Shown here piece by piece: positions 12,779-16,352 of a DNA stretch of 16,352 nucleotides. The notes below the pieces were generated by a model, which saw only the letters and a list, made by a program, of their open reading frames with translations, had not been told where the DNA came from and made no database searches. The DNA comes from a virus (taxonomy: Duplodnaviria; Heunggongvirae; Uroviricota; Caudoviricetes). The stretch's first letter is position 1; every line of letters begins with the position of its first letter. The position numbers were made by a program, and so were the translations under genes. The stretch lies in IMG/VR virus record IMGVR_UViG_3300031687_001264; one strand, given 5' to 3'.

Positions 12779-15076
12779 TTATATCGTGCAACTATCGCAG
12801 TCGTCGTCTATCTCACTTAGATCCGCTTGTGCTAAAGGATCTGCATTCATTTTATTAATATCAACCTCACCCTGTCCATCATATGTATTAAAGTAATAAA
12901 GATTCTTACCACCATAACGGTAGAACATTAACAAGTGCTTCATCATGACACTCATCGGAATCTTTTCATCTTCAAAATATATAGGATTGTAACTAGTATT
13001 TACACTGATCGCTTGATCAATATATTTCTGTAATATCGATACAATCTTTAAATAACCTTCTGGTGACTGTTGATCCCATAATAATTCATACTTATTCTTT
13101 AATCGATGTATGCCAGGAACTACTTGCTTTAATACACCATGCTTTGATTGCTTAATACTTACCAAAGATCGTGGTGGTTCAATTCCATTCGTACTGTTAC
13201 TTATCTGTGCCGATGTCTCTGCTGGCATCAATGCCATCAATGTACTATTGCGAATACCAGTTTCTTTTATTTGCGCTCGTAACGCATCCCATGGCATACG
13301 CTCTTTGTGTGCTACCAATTCGTCTACTTCTTTTTTACGAGTATCTATTGGCAAAATACCATCGCTATATTTAGTTTCATTGAATCCTGGACACTGTCCT
13401 TGTTCAATCGCTAAATCGGCTGATGCTTTAATCAAGTAGTATGACCATGCTTCTGTCCATTCGTCTACTAATTCAAGATCAGGATCTGTGTAATTGGTGT
13501 CATGCTTTGCAAGCCAATATGCGAAGTTGATAATACCAACTCCAAGCGGTCGACGCTTTTGTGTTCCTAATTCTGCTGCTAGTACTGGGTAATTCTGATA
13601 ACTCAATAATGCATCAAGTCCTCGTACTGCCAATTCACACGGCTTCTGAAAATCTGCTAATGATTTGATATTACCCCAATTTATTGCTGATAATGTACAA
13701 GTAGCAACTTCTCCATCACCTTTAAATATATCTGTCATAGGAGAGGTAGGTAATGTAATCTCTGCACATAAATTACTCTGACGAACAGGTGCTAATTCTT
13801 GCTTGAATGAACTATGCTCATTTACATTGTCTACATTCATCAAATAGATTCGACCAGTATTCTTTCGCTCTTGCATAAAGATAGAAAATAATTCAATTGC
13901 AGTAATTACCTTCTTGCGAATTTTTGAATTACGTTCAGCCTTCTCGTACAATTCTTTAAATTTTTCTTGATCTTCGAAGTATGAATCATATAATCCAGGG
14001 ACATCACTAGGACTGAATAATGTAATGTTGCCACCAGTAATCAAACGTTCGTACATAAGTTTATTAACTTGTACCCCGTAATCCAAATGCCTTACTCGAT
14101 TATCTTCAGTACCTTTGTTGTTCTTTAACACCAACATGTCTTCTACTTCTAGATGCCATAATGGATAGTACAATGTCGCTGCTCCGCCGCGTACGCCGCC
14201 CTGTGAACAGCTTTTAACTGATGATTGAAACATCTTATAGAATGGGATAACACCTGTGTGTGCTGCGTCTCCATTTCGAATAGGAGAGTTGATCGCACGA
14301 ATGCGCCCTGCGCCAATTCCAATGCCTGCCTTTTGAGATACATACTTTACAACGGCGTTTGCTGTTGCATTAATACTATCTAGACTATCATCTGATTCAA
14401 TTAGTACACATGAACTGAACTGACGTACATTAGTGCGAACACCAGCCATAACAGGCGTAGGAAGTGAAATATCAAATGTACTGATTGCATCATAGTAATC
14501 TTTAACCCATTTCATGCGATTATTCGTATAACTACCAAATAATGTCGCTGCAATCATCATGTATGCGATTTGAGGAGTTTCAAAGAGTTGACCTGTCACT
14601 CGATTTTGCACTAAGTATTTGCCACGGAATTGTTCCATGCCTACATATGCGATATCTTCGTCACGATAATGCTTGATGTAATTGTTTAGTTGGTCAATCT
14701 CGTCTGACGAATATAATGAAAGAATTTCATCATCATAATACCCACGTTCAATATTATCTTCTATAACATTAATCAAGTGTGCAGGTTTAAAGTCATTGTA
14801 CACTTGCTTGCGCAAATGATAATTGATTAATCGTCCTGCTACCCATTGATAGTTTGGTGTTTCTTCGGTGATTAAATCTGCTGCTGCTTTAATTAATGTT
14901 TCTTGAATTTCGTTAGTTGTGATTCCGTTAAAAAACTGAATACTACTTTTGATTTCCACTTCCGACGGACTAACACCTGCAATATCGTTGCAAGCATAAA
15001 ACACAACCTTGTGTAATTTATCCAAGTCAAGTGGTTCTCTAGCGCCGTTGCGCTTTTGTACCATGATTTCCTTCAT
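12779..15076 (-). CDS. nrdA: Class Ia ribonucleotide reductase alpha subunit with N-terminal ATP cone (765 aa)
   Basis: VQKRNG ATP cone, SSCVL, GQ-type SQGGVRGG loop, SNLCAE, TCTLS, LYYFN and C-terminal CDSC; length matches an uninterrupted NrdA. Confidence 0.98.
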   Translation of the reverse strand: MKEIMVQKRNGAREPLDLDKLHKVVFYACNDIAGVSPSEVEIKSSIQFFNGITTNEIQETLIKAAADLITEETPNYQWVAGRLINYHLRKQVYNDFKPAHLINVIEDNIERGYYDDEILSLYSSDEIDQLNNYIKHYRDEDIAYVGMEQFRGKYLVQNRVTGQLFETPQIAYMMIAATLFGSYTNNRMKWVKDYYDAISTFDISLPTPVMAGVRTNVRQFSSCVLIESDDSLDSINATANAVVKYVSQKAGIGIGAGRIRAINSPIRNGDAAHTGVIPFYKMFQSSVKSCSQGGVRGGAATLYYPLWHLEVEDMLVLKNNKGTEDNRVRHLDYGVQVNKLMYERLITGGNITLFSPSDVPGLYDSYFEDQEKFKELYEKAERNSKIRKKVITAIELFSIFMQERKNTGRIYLMNVDNVNEHSSFKQELAPVRQSNLCAEITLPTSPMTDIFKGDGEVATCTLSAINWGNIKSLADFQKPCELAVRGLDALLSYQNYPVLAAELGTQKRRPLGVGIINFAYWLAKHDTNYTDPDLELVDEWTEAWSYYLIKASADLAIEQGQCPGFNETKYSDGILPIDTRKKEVDELVAHKERMPWDALRAQIKETGIRNSTLMALMPAETSAQISNSTNGIEPPRSLVSIKQSKHGVLKQVVPGIHRLKNKYELLWDQQSPEGYLKIVSILQKYIDQAISVNTSYNPIYFEDEKIPMSVMMKHLLMFYRYGGKNLYYFNTYDGQGEVDINKMNADPLAQADLSEIDDDCDSCTI

Positions 15077-15110
15077 TTATATCCTTACCCGTTTGGTTTC
15101 AATATTACTA

Positions 15111-15557
15111 TTATTTTACTAAGTCGTCTGAATACCATGTATTCAAAATTTCACATTTATCTAATACGGACACTTTATCTACTATACCATAATTATGATT
15201 TAGTATATATTCGTCGTTTAACCGTATTACTAGTCCCACTCGCGATTTTCCTGCATCCTGTACTAATAGTATATCACAAGACCAATCACATAACTCTAGT
15301 GTGTATGCCATTCCAAGCGCAATCACATTTTCATCATATAGACCATTCCATAATAAATCCCAAGGGTTGGGCCATTCTTCTGAATTGTATGGGTCTATTA
15401 CTCTATTAGACAGTGGTGCTAAACGCCACCAATCTACTAGAGTTTGTAAAAATTCTTCATTAGATGTATCATCTAACTTGTTCAACTCGGTACGAAATGC
15501 TTTCCACTCCGTGAGTCTTTCTTTTGGCATTAATTGCCATATTGTATTTACACTCAT
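15111..15557 (-). CDS. Conserved hypothetical protein, BTLCP/transglutaminase-like pattern (148 aa)
   Basis: WPNPWDLLWNGLYDENVIALGMAYTL resembles the BTLCP W.TP.E....GDCEDYAI.K...L segment, but without the Cys. Confidence 0.5.
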   Translation of the reverse strand: MSVNTIWQLMPKERLTEWKAFRTELNKLDDTSNEEFLQTLVDWWRLAPLSNRVIDPYNSEEWPNPWDLLWNGLYDENVIALGMAYTLELCDWSCDILLVQDAGKSRVGLVIRLNDEYILNHNYGIVDKVSVLDKCEILNTWYSDDLVK

Positions 15558-15559
15558 AC

Positions 15560-16258
15560 TTATACTGTCGCTTTGAAGTTGTCAGTTAACCATGATAAGT
15601 TTGCAATTTCAGTATCAGTTGTAGTATATTGAAGTGTATATATACCATTATCAATGATACCAGTGAATGCGTGATCTAATAAATTACCTACAGTAGTTGC
15701 ATCAGTTGTGTAATTATCTGAAATTGTGCTTGCGTTGTTTGCTGCATTAACTGCAATACTCAATACACCTTTACGAATATGTCCTACGGCATTCCGCAAT
15801 GAATATCGTATGTCTACGTTATCATATCTAGTTACATCAAATGAGATAGTAGCAATATTCGCATCGGTTGCTGGACCAGTAATGCCCACAAGACCAGGAA
15901 TATCTAAGCCTACGTCTGGTTCAAATAGAAAGATTTCTGAATTATGATATAATTGAATATTACCTGTTCCGACAGGTGGTGCAACTGTAAACGTAACTAG
16001 AAAATTATTTGTGGTGTAATTAGTTGTCTCCAACCCATCTACACATATTTTGTATGAAGTACCATGCGCCTCATCTAAATCAACACCAAAATCGTGTTCG
16101 AGTGTCGAGCCGTCACCATTAAGAGATGATACTGTATTACCAATGAATAATCGTTTTGCATCTAACGCATATCCTAACTCGCCAGGAAGTAAATTCGCGT
16201 CTCCTAGGTCAGCCAAATTGCCGTTCCGCTGCTGTTGTAATTTTATTTCTGTTGTCAT
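15560..16258 (-). CDS. Probable virion structural protein (232 aa)
   Basis: N-terminal QQQRNG...LLPGELGYALDAKRLFIGN of the Mtd-N/hyaluronidase-type attachment module; beta-rich Thr/Asn/Gly composition; late-promoter-like box upstream. Confidence 0.7.
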   Translation of the reverse strand: MTTEIKLQQQRNGNLADLGDANLLPGELGYALDAKRLFIGNTVSSLNGDGSTLEHDFGVDLDEAHGTSYKICVDGLETTNYTTNNFLVTFTVAPPVGTGNIQLYHNSEIFLFEPDVGLDIPGLVGITGPATDANIATISFDVTRYDNVDIRYSLRNAVGHIRKGVLSIAVNAANNASTISDNYTTDATTVGNLLDHAFTGIIDNGIYTLQYTTTDTEIANLSWLTDNFKATV

Positions 16259-16282
16259 TGTATTAACCTTTTTTAGTATATG

Positions 16283-16289
16283 TATTTAT
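16283..16289 (-). promoter_or_regulatory. ATAAATA late-promoter-like box
   Basis: Minus strand AATAAATACAT in the intergenic gap, 24 nt before the ATG of the virion protein; AAAGG SD between them. Confidence 0.6.
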
Positions 16290-16307
16290 TAAAATACGAT
16301 CGCCAAA

Positions 16308-16352
16308 TCATAAGAAATTGTAGTATTCTTCCAATCTTTTTGCCCATTTGAG
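16308..16352 (-). CDS. 3' end of an upstream gene (...LKWAKRLEEYYNFL*), possibly a PD-(D/E)XK exonuclease
   Basis: Open 15-codon frame to the window edge; W..R.E.YY resembles C-termini of phage RecB/Cas4-like exonucleases, too short to be sure. Confidence 0.45.
   Translation of the reverse strand, partial: LKWAKRLEEYYNFL

Noticed and set aside
11630-15076. Intron, intein or homing endonuclease in nrdA/nrdB
   Set aside because: Both frames are continuous, of standard length and collinear with E. coli proteins; the intergenic gap is 18 nt.
63-16292. All plus-strand ORFs and the nested minus-strand ORFs (1129, 6428, 14149) in the track
   Set aside because: They are shadows of well-supported minus-strand genes, with no SD, promoter or motif support.
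1-16352. Stop-codon reassignment
   Set aside because: TAA, TGA and TAG all end genes at expected positions, and conserved proteins are full length under code 11.

Overview
AT-rich, single-strand-coded (all credible genes on the minus strand) segment of a large lytic myophage genome, not a bacterial chromosome. Read in the transcribed direction (16352 toward 1), it has two parts. (i) 16352-10775 is a core-like block: the end of an upstream gene, an ATAAATA late-promoter-like box, a probable virion protein, a BTLCP-like protein, class Ia nrdA and nrdB, glutaredoxin, an Sm-like protein and a PAAR spike-tip protein. (ii) 10751-1 is an accessory/early region tiled by seven perfect sigma70 promoters (TTGACA-17 bp-TATAAT), several sharing extended flanking sequence. 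These units carry RtcB RNA ligase, a GlpE-like rhodanese, a promoter-to-terminator queC plus class II glutamine amidotransferase operon, a ribosomal bL12 CTD-like protein, a pyrimidine-dimer glycosylase-like protein, a degenerate ANL adenylating enzyme, a glycine-zipper protein and many small proteins, four of which the ORF track missed. The most notable observations are the stand-alone queC-gat unit with an altered QueC motif, a duplicated gene-start stub bracketing the ANL gene (an insertion or deletion scar), an ssrA-like C-terminal degron encoded in an early basic protein, and the repeated promoter cassettes. The gene order resembles Rak2/GAP32-like jumbo myophages and RtcB/GlpE resemble gammaproteobacterial proteins; both are inferences from recalled sequences, not database results.
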